From: an uncultured bacterium
GTDB taxonomy: Bacteria; Armatimonadota; UBA5829
Direction of reading: 5' to 3'
NCBI GenBank assembly: GCA_964494345.1
Contig: CAZBSI010000003.1
Coordinates: forward strand, 165,888-229,887
Length of the DNA: 64,000 nucleotides
Each line of letters opens with the position of its first letter. Position 1 is the first letter of the stretch. Of this stretch, positions 44,601 to 51,598 are shown piece after piece. The position numbers were made by a program, and so were the translations under genes. Under the pieces are notes generated by a model. That model saw only the letters and a list, made by a program, of their open reading frames with translations, was not told the origin of the DNA and searched no databases.

Positions 44601-44724
44601 CGGCTCTGCTGATACTGAGATCAAAGTCATAACTAAATCCGCTCCGACCGTGAGCGAAGGCGACTTCGTGATCGTGACAGGCGCAGTCGGATTCGGCAAC
44701 ATTCGGGTGATCTACGCTAAGTAA
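38617..44724 (+). CDS. Giant secreted repeat protein (~2035 aa): signal peptide, beta-rich N-terminal region, LamG/concanavalin-like domain, Fn3-like modules, 9 tandem ~82-aa Cys-containing repeats, chitobiase/hexosaminidase-C-like module, conserved ~165-aa C-terminal domain
   Basis: A GGAGG RBS precedes the ATG at 38617. The signal peptide is MKRIAMICLLALCASTVCAGG. A LamG_3-like stretch reads FTCEFWAYP...WQHFVLTLDTSGYGRIYKNGSLVAQG...RLGEFAIYDRCLPAAEV. The repeats are the same family as in giant gene 1. TLKFFAVDEAGNAES matches a chitobiase-C-type module. Confidence 0.8.
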   Translation: MKRIAMICLLALCASTVCAGGFWANCVRTSTAGGWAEYSAPEGCSTIWVGWGSNGADRCRWYNASEIPHRDQYLTYRHGFNLRANGDTNALHWSYAEGSYSGNQTFNQKGAGGWTEPTINARASYNWDDWMEVGSDWGGGMDTVCNVARLYPELDAIYKAKSVEPNMYMGNVYKWIYDMENPWYAWWTWNTAADQFYHIGGVVSGPGWYSSGAVVSAPGTAPEGVMYCHFNMRPTQTGTSNEDFQMIRNGTSWFGDKPASNSDMRTAVTVTRKNPSATAGWDSGAKKKGETVRFSVYGADSWGAGDNYSWDFDHNTTQGWYAGNNTTITKESGQIKIGITGADPFVYSFGGLAINTNQCKYVSIRMNANGGSTAQFFWKGTAGDWSSARQVDFDIYSDSKWHIYTIPLPASWTGTVTQFRFDPVQTGAANGQTVYVDWIRIHNVNAGMSAKAWLGKANNSWTIWSEQAATWDGTNVCWYKDYIIPDGYPQTYYHVMHVYNNANQTEGEDPDRRYAQYQRAYKVLNTAPSATNNSYPSNGWCTTKTPALGWNYTDTDSNAQSRYQVQVSTAANFSNIVADTDLVASNANSCTAPSLPEGQLYYRTRVMDGAYANVNATYQGGCLLNQNGALSGDPNSKSVDFNGTNGYVNLPSGFDSFGSGFTCEFWAYPTAANSWARFLDMGNGAPMDNIIIARRSTSDDLIFSVRRGDAVEMSVKAENVISLNTWQHFVLTLDTSGYGRIYKNGSLVAQGPMQMPEVVNLTKCYIGKSNWDADAYYKGRLGEFAIYDRCLPAAEVSSHYSKASQSDSAYRDAVCANSPWVYYRFDEVSGTTASAYTGMLSNWSAGTNFRVDSIAPTQPSITGIDLSSCTTASVSFGGSVDDNAVTYEVKLDNGAFEAKTSPAVFSSLANGPHMVYVRAIDEAGNISEVASQPFDNSAPAAPTNASANARCGSGIVEFSVTSDSGCTVKWYDAATGGNVVSTANPYSESLTATTTYYAASVSPSGCESATRLAVTGTISDLPAAPTNASNNSRCGAGDVEFSVTPAEGFDVKWYDAPTGGNVVSTANPFTETLSATTTYYAASVSDECESATRTAVTGTVFVIPAAPTNASANVRCGSGEIEFSVAVESGCSVKWYDAEVGGNAISTANPYSEEIDATTTYYASTVSADGCESEERLAVTGTVNEIPAAPTNASANAICGLGIVGFSVTPAAGCSVIWYDAAIGGNVVSTANPYNPTLSITTTYYAASVSDKGCESTARLAVTGTVNAIPAAPTNASANARCGSGDVDFSVTPAANCTVKWYDAATGGTVVSTANPYTEDLSAAKTYYAASVSAAGCESATRLAVTGTVNEIPATPTNASSNSRCGAGQVAFSVDAASGCTVKWYSAATGGTLLSTANPYTVSLSNTTTYYATSVSAAGCESATRTAVTGTVNAIPAAPADASSNDRCGSGAIDFEVSVDNGCSVRWYDAASGGNVISTANPYTAELTETTTLYAAAVSAAGCESTTRLAVTSTVNPLPAAPSDASNNARCGTGAVAFEVTADTGCTVRWYAAATGGVPVSIANPYSANLSETTTLYAASVSPAGCESATRTAVTGAINIVPGAPTNASSNERYGEGNVDFSVTAAGNCTIAWYDAQTGGNLVSTANPYTAELTETTTLYAANVSAEGCESARTAVTGTVNEMPDPPTISIGSPSASLTKSGPITFEITYGDATDVTLSEDDITLNTTGTATGAIQVSGDGLTTRTVTISDITGDGTIGISIAEGTAVGLADLEAPPAGPSDTFMVDNTAPTTEAAPVGGVYSAAQNVTLTADDASAIYYTVDGSLPTTESTLYTGAVSISADATLKFFAVDEAGNAESIKQEIYAILDDEGSILAARQAEVGAPIKLGNKTLYFKGDGFGYIEEANRIQGIRIEGAIAAGEDSIVSLTGTRGVTSEGEPCITVSQLTAAGEGTVAPWGTNGKSFQFDLLDGLCVKTWGQVKWGSIDGNSYVVTTGSADTEIKVITKSAPTVSEGDFVIVTGAVGFGNIRVIYAK
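41428..43660 (+). repeat. Array of 9 tandem ~82-aa coding repeats inside giant gene 2
   Basis: The 9 WYDA..GG motifs have regular spacing. Several repeats are more than 90% identical at nucleotide level to repeats of giant gene 1. Confidence 0.75.
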
Positions 44725-44748
44725 CGCCCGAAGCCGACGACAAACCAA

Positions 44749-44783
44749 CCGGCCCGTTCTAAATTGAACGGGCCGGTTTTTTT
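44749..44783 (+). terminator. Rho-independent terminator of giant gene 2
   Basis: The hairpin is ccggcccgttc-taaatt-gaacgggccgg, followed by TTTTTTT. It is a compensatory-mutated copy of the giant gene 1 terminator. Confidence 0.75.
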
Positions 44784-44926
44784 ATTAGGCTAATGCCTGA
44801 GATTTGTCGTAAGATTCATTGAGTTGCAACAGCTCACGAATGATGAGCGCTCCTGCCAGTAGTGTCCGATCTCCTTCTCGGACAAGGCTGTAACAGAGGT
44901 CAGCTACTAAACTCGGATACATCAAG

Positions 44927-44966
44927 TATCGGAAAAAGCAGATTTCTCACTTCGTTCGAAATGACA
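44927..44966 (-). terminator. Intrinsic terminator of xth; a second copy of the pck terminator hairpin
   Basis: The minus-sense sequence is ugucauuucgaacgaagugagaaaucugc-UUUUUCCGAUAC, 42 nt after the xth stop. Confidence 0.5.
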
Positions 44967-45007
44967 TAGCTTGTGTGACCGCAACGAAAGCCAGCCGCAA
45001 CAATCAC

Positions 45008-45817
45008 TCACAAAGAGTGAGCTGTTACATCGAGTTGAAAATCCGCGACGACGAATGTGTGGTCGGAGGGTTTCTCCATTGATCTTGGTTCGAGGTCGAT
45101 CCAGGAGTCCGAAGACTTATCTGCAAGAGGCGCCGTGGCCCAAATGTGGTCGATTCTCCAGCCCAATTTACGCTTGAGCGCGTTGGGGATGCGGTAGTCG
45201 TAGAAGGAGTATTGCTTGGGCTCGCCGGGATGGTGCTTGCGAAAGACATCGACGAAACCCCATTGCTTCACCTGCGCTAAGGCTTCATGCTCTCTCGGGT
45301 GGAAGCATACACTGCCTAACAATCGCTCCGGATCATATACATCTATGGACTCCGGCGCGACGTTGAAATCCCCCACCCATACCACCGGAGTTGACGGAGT
45401 AAAATTGCGATCAAAATAGTCCTTAAGCGCGGATATCCAGTTGAGTTTGTATTCAAATCGTGGAGATTCGACCGCTGTTCCCTGTGGTATGTAGGTGTTT
45501 ACGACCTCGACACCGCGAACCTTAGCCCGGATGATACGAGCCTCATTGTCGAGACCCTCGACTCCAAGCCCGGTGGTAACGTTCTCAGGCTCTGTGTGAC
45601 AGAGGATAGCTACCCCATTAAAGGATTTCTGGCCCAGAAAAACGGCGTGATAGCCGATTTCCTCGAATGCGGCGACCGGAAACGCGTCGTCCATTACACG
45701 AGTTTCCTGAATGCAAAGCGCGTCAGGCTCGTGCTTGCGCAGCCAGCCAGTGGTAATCTCGAGCCGGCTGCGCAGCGAATTAGCGTTGAACGTAGCAATC
45801 CTGAATCTGTTTTCCAT
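45008..45817 (-). CDS. xth: Exodeoxyribonuclease III (AP endonuclease, ExoIII/APE1 family)
   Basis: A 269-aa protein starting MENRFRIATFNANSLRSR and containing the WRIDHIW motif. Confidence 0.85.
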   Translation of the reverse strand: MENRFRIATFNANSLRSRLEITTGWLRKHEPDALCIQETRVMDDAFPVAAFEEIGYHAVFLGQKSFNGVAILCHTEPENVTTGLGVEGLDNEARIIRAKVRGVEVVNTYIPQGTAVESPRFEYKLNWISALKDYFDRNFTPSTPVVWVGDFNVAPESIDVYDPERLLGSVCFHPREHEALAQVKQWGFVDVFRKHHPGEPKQYSFYDYRIPNALKRKLGWRIDHIWATAPLADKSSDSWIDLEPRSMEKPSDHTFVVADFQLDVTAHSL

Positions 45818-45844
45818 TACAGATCTGCCTTGTCCGTTTTAATG

Positions 45845-47038
45845 TTAAGCCTGCGCTTTGATCATCGATCCGACCTTGCGACCAAGCTGAACACAGTCAG
45901 CGAGGTTTTCATCTGTCGGAACGTAGTTTACTCGCAGGCACTCTCCAGCGGACTCATATTTCATTTCCGCAAGAAACGTATCCAGGAGGCGGGGAGCTTC
46001 CCCACCCCACCCGTAAGAACCAAATGCCGCGCCGATCTTTCCGAGCGGGCGTAGGCCTTTCATATAGGTGATCATATCCGCCATTCGGGGCAGCATTCCA
46101 TTATTGAGCGTCGCCGAACCGAGCACGACCGCCTTGCAATCGAGTAGTTCGGTCATCACATCGCTGCGATGATACTCAGAAAGCGGCATAAGCATAACTT
46201 CAGCGCCGGATTCTCTAATTCCATCGACGATAGCGTTCGCCATCATCTCAGTCGAATGCCACATAGTGTCGTAGACTACCACGGCTTTATCAATGGTAAT
46301 CTGCTTGCTCCATTGATCCCACAAATCGAAGATGACCTGTGGTTTGGTGCGCCAAATCGGGCCGTGATCCGGAGCGATCATATCGATTTTTAGCTCCATC
46401 TGCCTGACATTGTGCAGCGCCCTTTGTATCAAGGTGGAGTATAGCAGCAGGATGTTTGCGTAGTATTTCTTCGCCTGCCGCATCAGCTCGTCCTGATCGA
46501 CCTCGTCGTCGAATCTCTCGTCGGTCGCCCAGTGCAAGCCGAAGCCGTCCTGCGATATCAGAAGAGCATCCTCTTCGATATAAGAGAACATACTGTCCGG
46601 CCAATGGATCATCTTCGTCTCAATGAACTTGATGTTCTTTTTGCCGGTGTTTATGCTCTGCCCGGTGGCGACGACCTCGTAAGGCCAGTCTGCGTTGTGG
46701 AAATGAGCCAGCAGGGCCTTTTTTCCGTTGGCCGAGCAGATGATCTTCTCCGGCTTCACCGCATCGATGATCTCCGGCAGTGAACCGCTGTGATCCAGTT
46801 CGACGTGATTGACCACAATGTAGTCGATTTTTGAGGGCTCTATAATCTCGCTGATGCGCGCGAGCATCTCCGACGCGAATCCTTTGGCCACTGTATCGAA
46901 CAACACGATTTTGTCATCGACAAGAAGATACGCGTTGTATGTCGTGCCAAAGGGCGTCGAATAACCGTGGAAGTCGCGAACCGATTTGTCGATCGCGCCG
47001 ACCCAATATATGCCCTTCTTCAGTTCAGTTGGCTGCAT
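45845..47038 (-). CDS. Class A flavodiiron protein (metallo-beta-lactamase-like diiron domain plus flavodoxin domain)
   Basis: Carries the FDP diiron ligand motif HVELDHSG. It is 397 aa with a C-terminal flavodoxin-like region. Confidence 0.85.
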   Translation of the reverse strand: MQPTELKKGIYWVGAIDKSVRDFHGYSTPFGTTYNAYLLVDDKIVLFDTVAKGFASEMLARISEIIEPSKIDYIVVNHVELDHSGSLPEIIDAVKPEKIICSANGKKALLAHFHNADWPYEVVATGQSINTGKKNIKFIETKMIHWPDSMFSYIEEDALLISQDGFGLHWATDERFDDEVDQDELMRQAKKYYANILLLYSTLIQRALHNVRQMELKIDMIAPDHGPIWRTKPQVIFDLWDQWSKQITIDKAVVVYDTMWHSTEMMANAIVDGIRESGAEVMLMPLSEYHRSDVMTELLDCKAVVLGSATLNNGMLPRMADMITYMKGLRPLGKIGAAFGSYGWGGEAPRLLDTFLAEMKYESAGECLRVNYVPTDENLADCVQLGRKVGSMIKAQA

Positions 47039-47040
47039 TT

Positions 47041-47616
47041 TTACCAGTTCTCGCCGAGCAGTTCAAAGTGGGCCTGCGGATGCGCGCACGCCGGGCAGGC
47101 TTTGAGGGCTGCTTTACCCGTGTGAATATAGCCGCAGTTTCTGCATCTCCAGGTGACCTCAGTGTCGCGCTCGAAGACCTTGCCCGCCTCGATATTGCTG
47201 GCAAATGCGAGGAATCTCGACTCGTGCTGCTTCTCGGCAACAGCGATCGACTCGAATACCGCAGCGATTCCGGAGAGTCCCTCTTCGCGTGCGATTGCCG
47301 CGAAACCGGGGTACATTGAGGTATGCTCGTAGTTCTCGCCACCTGCAGCGGCTTTCAGGTTCTCGACTGTGGAGCCGATAACACCCGCCGGGTATTTGTC
47401 GGTGATCTCGACTTCCCCGCCTTCGAGGAGCTTAAAGAGCCGCTTTGCGTGCTCTTTTTCCTGATTTGCGGTCTCTTCGAATGCGTCAGCTATCTGTACA
47501 TAGCCGTCTTTTTTGGCCTGACTCGCGAAGAAAGTGTAGCGATTTCGGGCCTGCGATTCGCCTGCAAAGGCGGCCAGGATGTTTTTTTCCGTGCGTGTTC
47601 CTTTGATACTAGCCAT
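47041..47616 (-). CDS. rbr: Rubrerythrin
   Basis: Has a ferritin-like four-helix domain with ExxH pairs and a C-terminal rubredoxin-like CRNCGY...CPACAH. Confidence 0.9.
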   Translation of the reverse strand: MASIKGTRTEKNILAAFAGESQARNRYTFFASQAKKDGYVQIADAFEETANQEKEHAKRLFKLLEGGEVEITDKYPAGVIGSTVENLKAAAGGENYEHTSMYPGFAAIAREEGLSGIAAVFESIAVAEKQHESRFLAFASNIEAGKVFERDTEVTWRCRNCGYIHTGKAALKACPACAHPQAHFELLGENW

Positions 47617-47619
47617 AGT

Positions 47620-48720
47620 CTACCTCCAATTGAATCCTTCCGGATGTATTATGTATACGGTTCCCCATGAACCGTTAGGTCCCAGCCAGGCAGCCTCAAG
47701 ATCCTGGCGGGGGAAAATCTTGCGCAGTTTCTCCCCGTTTTCGACCCTCGCCCATGGATCGTTAAATATCGGGTCTCCATAGGGGGTAAACCCGCGTATG
47801 ACCATCAAGTGGCCGGATTCGTGCTCCGTAACAATATTGCGCAGCCTGCTATAATGCAGGCTGACGATCACCGGCACGCCTTTTTCGATCCAGCGTTCTA
47901 TTTGTCCTATCCCCGCGAAACGGGTGACATAGGAGCGCATGCCGGCGAATTCTCCCGCGTAAGCGGTGTTAAAAGTCCAGTTACCGGTGCCTCGCCACGC
48001 TTCATCGTGCACCGCCTGAGCGGTCTCAGTGACGCCGAGCTTCATTTCCGGTCGATTGAGCTTTTGCCCCCAGTAACCAAGCAGCATAGCTGTCGAGGTT
48101 GGACTGCACCAGCCGTCCCCGCCCTCTACAGATATTTGACACAGTTCAGGTACTGTTAGTTCCGTTCCCCAAACCTCTTTATGCGGTGGCATATCAACGA
48201 TCCACGCCTTGGAATCGATAACGTTCACCGAAATAAAGCGCAGGCTGGGATAGTGCATTTTGTCTGCGCTGGACAGTTCGACCTTGATTTTGAACGCCGA
48301 AGCCATGCTCTTGAGCTTCAGAATGTCGCAGTCTACCGTGCCGATCTCATCGGACTGATCTGTGCAACTGGTGCGATGCTGCGGACAGCCGCCCTGGTTC
48401 CATATCGCCATTCGATACCACTTAGTCCAATAGCCATCAACCAGAGCCTGGACAAAAAGTGTAAGATAACTGCCAACCGGAGTAGTCGCGTTCCATGAAA
48501 CGACCAGATGATCGAAGCCGTTGTTTACGCTAACCTCCGAAGATTCTACGGTTCCGATGTCGCCGGTTTGATCCGCCTTATACGTCAGTCCGCCAGCTTC
48601 CGCATCCCAGGCCGCGGAATTGAGCGTAAAATCGCTGAAATCTGCCTCGGATTCAAACCTTACAAGAGCGCCATCCAAGTTGCTCGCACCATTGCGAGTA
48701 AACGTGACCTCCATACCCAC
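47620..48720 (-). CDS. Protein with a C-terminal papain-like C39-like peptidase domain and no signal peptide
   Basis: Has a Cys motif GWCSPTSTAMLLGYWG, a His motif SGHLMVIRGF and NDPW, as in C39-like peptidases. The N-terminal ~190 aa are unassigned. Confidence 0.5.
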   Translation of the reverse strand: MGMEVTFTRNGASNLDGALVRFESEADFSDFTLNSAAWDAEAGGLTYKADQTGDIGTVESSEVSVNNGFDHLVVSWNATTPVGSYLTLFVQALVDGYWTKWYRMAIWNQGGCPQHRTSCTDQSDEIGTVDCDILKLKSMASAFKIKVELSSADKMHYPSLRFISVNVIDSKAWIVDMPPHKEVWGTELTVPELCQISVEGGDGWCSPTSTAMLLGYWGQKLNRPEMKLGVTETAQAVHDEAWRGTGNWTFNTAYAGEFAGMRSYVTRFAGIGQIERWIEKGVPVIVSLHYSRLRNIVTEHESGHLMVIRGFTPYGDPIFNDPWARVENGEKLRKIFPRQDLEAAWLGPNGSWGTVYIIHPEGFNWR

Positions 48721-48820
48721 CTCCGAAAATCACTATAAGTTTGGATTAGATAATTCAGTGCGGTCTTCCTTCAGATGACAATGTAATTATTTTAGGGTAA
48801 GATGCTGTGGAGGTGATTAT

Positions 48821-49654
48821 ATGGTGCTTGAAGACGAATTTGGGGACATAATTGCTAAGGCAAGGGCCGGATTTAGTCTGAGTAAAACGGAATTGGCTGA
48901 TCGGGTCGAGCTGGCCGAGGCTGACATCTCAAAAATTGAGGCTTACGATTGGGTTCCAGTTAGTGGCGTCATCAGTCGGTTGGCGGTGGCGCTGGGGTTG
49001 GATGCCGATAAGCTTGACGCGATCGCTAATAACGCGTGGGCGCCTGAAGCTCCAGATTTGTCTGCTGCGCCATTTTCTGTTCACACGGTGCAGGTTCCTA
49101 TCGGACAATATTCGGAGAACGCTTATGTAGTTGCGTGCAATCAAACGAAGCAGGCAGCGATAGTAGACCCAGGCGGTGCGGCAGGAGAGATATTAAAGAT
49201 TATTCAAGATAATACATTTATTCTTATACAGGTTTTGATAACGCACACGCACAGCGACCATATAGGGGGGCTGGCGGATATTTGCAGAGCTGTGCCGGAT
49301 GCTATGGTGGTGTCGACTCAAATCGACCGCCAGGAAGTCACTCGTCACTGCACAAAGTGGCAGGCCGCAGAAGATGGCCATTCGTTTGAGATGGGGAATT
49401 TGACAATCACGCCTCTAACTACGCCGGGGCATACTGCGGGGTCGGTGTGTTATAAGGTGGACAGCGCCTGCTTTGTGGGTGATACGTTGTTCGCCGGATC
49501 AATTGGAAGGCCAGCGGTTAAAGGCGGTTACAGTGGGATGCTTGAGGCGATAAAGGATAAAATACTAGCCCTGCCGCCTGACACTGCTCTGCTGCCAGGT
49601 CACGGCCCAATCACAACCGTTGCGCAGGAGAGACGGCAGAATCCGTTTTTTTGA
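48821..49654 (+). CDS. Fusion of an XRE-family helix-turn-helix domain and an MBL-fold metallo-hydrolase (glyoxalase-II-like)
   Basis: The N-terminus FSLSKTELADRVELAEADISKIE is an HTH_XRE. Then come the metal-binding motif THTHSDHIGG and the downstream ligands TPGHTAG and GDTLF. A GGAGGTG RBS precedes it. Confidence 0.7.
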   Translation: MVLEDEFGDIIAKARAGFSLSKTELADRVELAEADISKIEAYDWVPVSGVISRLAVALGLDADKLDAIANNAWAPEAPDLSAAPFSVHTVQVPIGQYSENAYVVACNQTKQAAIVDPGGAAGEILKIIQDNTFILIQVLITHTHSDHIGGLADICRAVPDAMVVSTQIDRQEVTRHCTKWQAAEDGHSFEMGNLTITPLTTPGHTAGSVCYKVDSACFVGDTLFAGSIGRPAVKGGYSGMLEAIKDKILALPPDTALLPGHGPITTVAQERRQNPFF

Positions 49655-49718
49655 GTGTTTGGAAAATATTAGCGAAGACAAGGAGGGGATAAGGTGTTCG
49701 ATGCGCCCTTTTCATCTC

Positions 49719-49804
49719 TGGTGGGGATGAGAGGAGTTGAACCTCCACCCAGTAACCTGGACTTGGCCCTCAACCAAGCGCGTCTGCCATTCCGCCACAT
49801 CCCC
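49719..49804 (-). tRNA. tRNA-Leu (anticodon GAG)
   Basis: The reverse complement folds as a cloverleaf with a GGGGATG/CATCCCC acceptor stem, an anticodon stem-loop CTTGG-TTGAGGG-CCAAG, a long variable arm, a GTTCAACTC T-loop and an encoded CCA. Confidence 0.8.
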
Positions 49805-49876
49805 GGACGCAATATATTCTACACCTCACCTTGCCCCATGTCAACACATTAGCGGAGATTTTAAGCTCAACCGTGT

Positions 49877-50203
49877 TTATTCAACTTTGGGTTTGCCCTC
49901 TGTTGAATCGGGGCCGGAGGTTGAAGCAGGGCCGCTCGCCACGAAGTATAAATGCAGACCACGGGCTGCCACCAAAGAACCTGCAACGCATAGGACTATT
50001 AAGAGCAAAATCTGGTATATAAACCGCACCACCGACGCACCCAGCGATGCAGCCGCACCATCACCGCCCGGCTTTAACTGCACCGCAGACGTGCTCGCCG
50101 AGAACAAATTGTAGGCCAATACCGCGACAATAACTAAAATCGCGATCCCTACAAGAAAAACCAAAATACCAAGCAGCCGTCCGGCGAGGCTGTCCTTACG
50201 CAT
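49877..50203 (-). CDS. Hypothetical small membrane protein (2 TM helices)
   Basis: An AGGAGG RBS lies 7 nt upstream of the ATG. It has two hydrophobic helices and is 108 aa. Confidence 0.45.
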   Translation of the reverse strand: MRKDSLAGRLLGILVFLVGIAILVIVAVLAYNLFSASTSAVQLKPGGDGAAASLGASVVRFIYQILLLIVLCVAGSLVAARGLHLYFVASGPASTSGPDSTEGKPKVE

Positions 50204-50389
50204 TGATACCTCCTGGCTTTAACAGCACACTCACAACTCTTATACCCCGCAGCGCAACCTTCCTTCCATACCCGCCGCCAAAGGCAGACAAAGCCTCGAA
50301 GTTTCTTATCCACGTTCGCAAAATCCGGCATTACACCCAGCAAATTAACCCCGTCAACGATGGAACAACTGAATGGAGGAGTTATCGCT

Positions 50390-50638
50390 ATGCTGCTCAC
50401 AATAGTTGAAGTAGTGTGTTGTGAAAACCCAAAATGCAGGGATTTCGGACGGGTCGCCCCAAACCCACACAGGCTGCGATCCTATTATTGCCCTATTTGC
50501 AGCAAGATAAGCTCTGTGAGAGTGGTCGACGTCAACGTGGCCGAATCTGTCGAAAGATTCAGAGAGTATCTGCTGCAGCGAGTAGAAACTACCGATGACT
50601 TTGCAGCTAAACCCATTTCTTCGGAGGTGTGTTCTTAG
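50390..50638 (+). CDS. Hypothetical small Cys-rich (zinc-ribbon-like) protein
   Basis: Cysteine pairs are VVCCENPKC and CPIC. A GGAGGA RBS precedes the ATG at 50390. An alternative start lies at 50360. Confidence 0.35.
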   Translation: MLLTIVEVVCCENPKCRDFGRVAPNPHRLRSYYCPICSKISSVRVVDVNVAESVERFREYLLQRVETTDDFAAKPISSEVCS

Positions 50639-50690
50639 CTATTAATCTAAACAGGTGGCCGACAGATAGGCGGCCACCAATTCTCTTATC

Positions 50691-51317
50691 CTATTGATCG
50701 TTCTTCATTTTTTTAGGAGGCTCTTTAGCTATTTGCTGCAGAAACCCCTCCTCAGCGGTTAATATCTCGATGGATGCCTGCTTCAGAGTTTTGTTCTGGT
50801 TTCGGCATTTTTGTTTGATGTGGGCAAAGGCTTCCACTTCGCTTAGAGCCAGGCGACTCATAAGCACATGTTTGGCGCGCTCGGATAATTTCCTGACCTC
50901 AAGCGCGCCTTTCATATCCTCTGCTTCCTGGCGCAGAAGCATGAGTTCGTTTGACCTGGCGGCGGCTACTTCGAGGTTTGCGCAGAGTGCCTCTTTTGTA
51001 ACGGGTTTCAGCAGATAGGAGCACGCACCAGCCTGAGCCGCGCCCTGAACGAACTCCGGATCCGCATAGGCAGTCACTATCATAACGGCGAGATTGTGCC
51101 TCTCCACCAACTGCCTGGCCGTCTCAATGCCGTCCATCCCAGGCAGTCTGATATCCACAATGGCTACATCCGGACAGAGTTCTTCGGCAATCGCCAGCGC
51201 CTCTTCTCCGCTGGATGCATTACCAACTACCTCGTAGCCGGCACCTTCAATTATGGACCTCACCGCAAGGCTTGCGGTAGCATCATCCTCAACAATCAGA
51301 ACACGATATCCCAACAA
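50691..51317 (-). CDS. Response regulator with a REC domain and a C-terminal ANTAR RNA-binding antitermination domain
   Basis: The REC domain has an acidic pocket and the phospho-acceptor (VIVEDD..., IVDIRLPGMDG). The ANTAR region reads KLSERAKHVLMSRLALSEVEAFAHIKQKCRNQNKTLKQASIEIL. Confidence 0.8.
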   Translation of the reverse strand: MLGYRVLIVEDDATASLAVRSIIEGAGYEVVGNASSGEEALAIAEELCPDVAIVDIRLPGMDGIETARQLVERHNLAVMIVTAYADPEFVQGAAQAGACSYLLKPVTKEALCANLEVAAARSNELMLLRQEAEDMKGALEVRKLSERAKHVLMSRLALSEVEAFAHIKQKCRNQNKTLKQASIEILTAEEGFLQQIAKEPPKKMKNDQ

Positions 51318-51486
51318 CAGGTTTCCTCCATTTTTTATGCAGGCACCTGAACAACAAAGGTATCCTGTTTATAATTCAATGAGTTGACAAGAAGATGCGA
51401 CCGCCCAAGCTCTCTACCCTGAAAGCAATCCGGCCAACCAGTAAGATTATAATTCATAGTTCTTCACAAGGCAATACCGGGCGTAA

Positions 51487-51521
51487 GAAGGGAGATCGCG
51501 AAAACCAGAAAAACGCGAAAT
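51487..51521. repeat. Isolated fragment homologous to the 5' part of the 98-bp tandem repeat unit
   Basis: Compare gaagggagatcgcgaaaaccagaaaaacgcgaaat with gaagggagtaacgcgaaagccagaaaggggcgaaat at 30109-30144. Confidence 0.5.
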
Positions 51522-51598
51522 GGGTTTGTGTTAAGATTGCTTGCTCGGGCTGCGCCAGGTCGCGATTAGTCCTGAAGCATCTGGGGAATATTGCTGAA

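Noticed and set aside
32345-44724. Diversity-generating retroelement or other targeted hypervariation system acting on the giant repeat proteins
   Set aside because: No reverse transcriptase, template repeat or accessory gene is present in the window. Variation is better explained by inter-paralog gene conversion.
41361-44748. Minus-strand ORFs (60-218 aa) tiling giant gene 2
   Set aside because: Same antisense-of-repeat artefact. The 218-aa ORF at 44092..44748 mirrors the 36065..38284 artefact because the C-terminal regions are duplicated.
49737-50114. 125-aa plus-strand ORF
   Set aside because: It overlaps the tRNA-Leu gene on the opposite strand and the RBS-supported minus-strand membrane-protein gene. 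It has no RBS.
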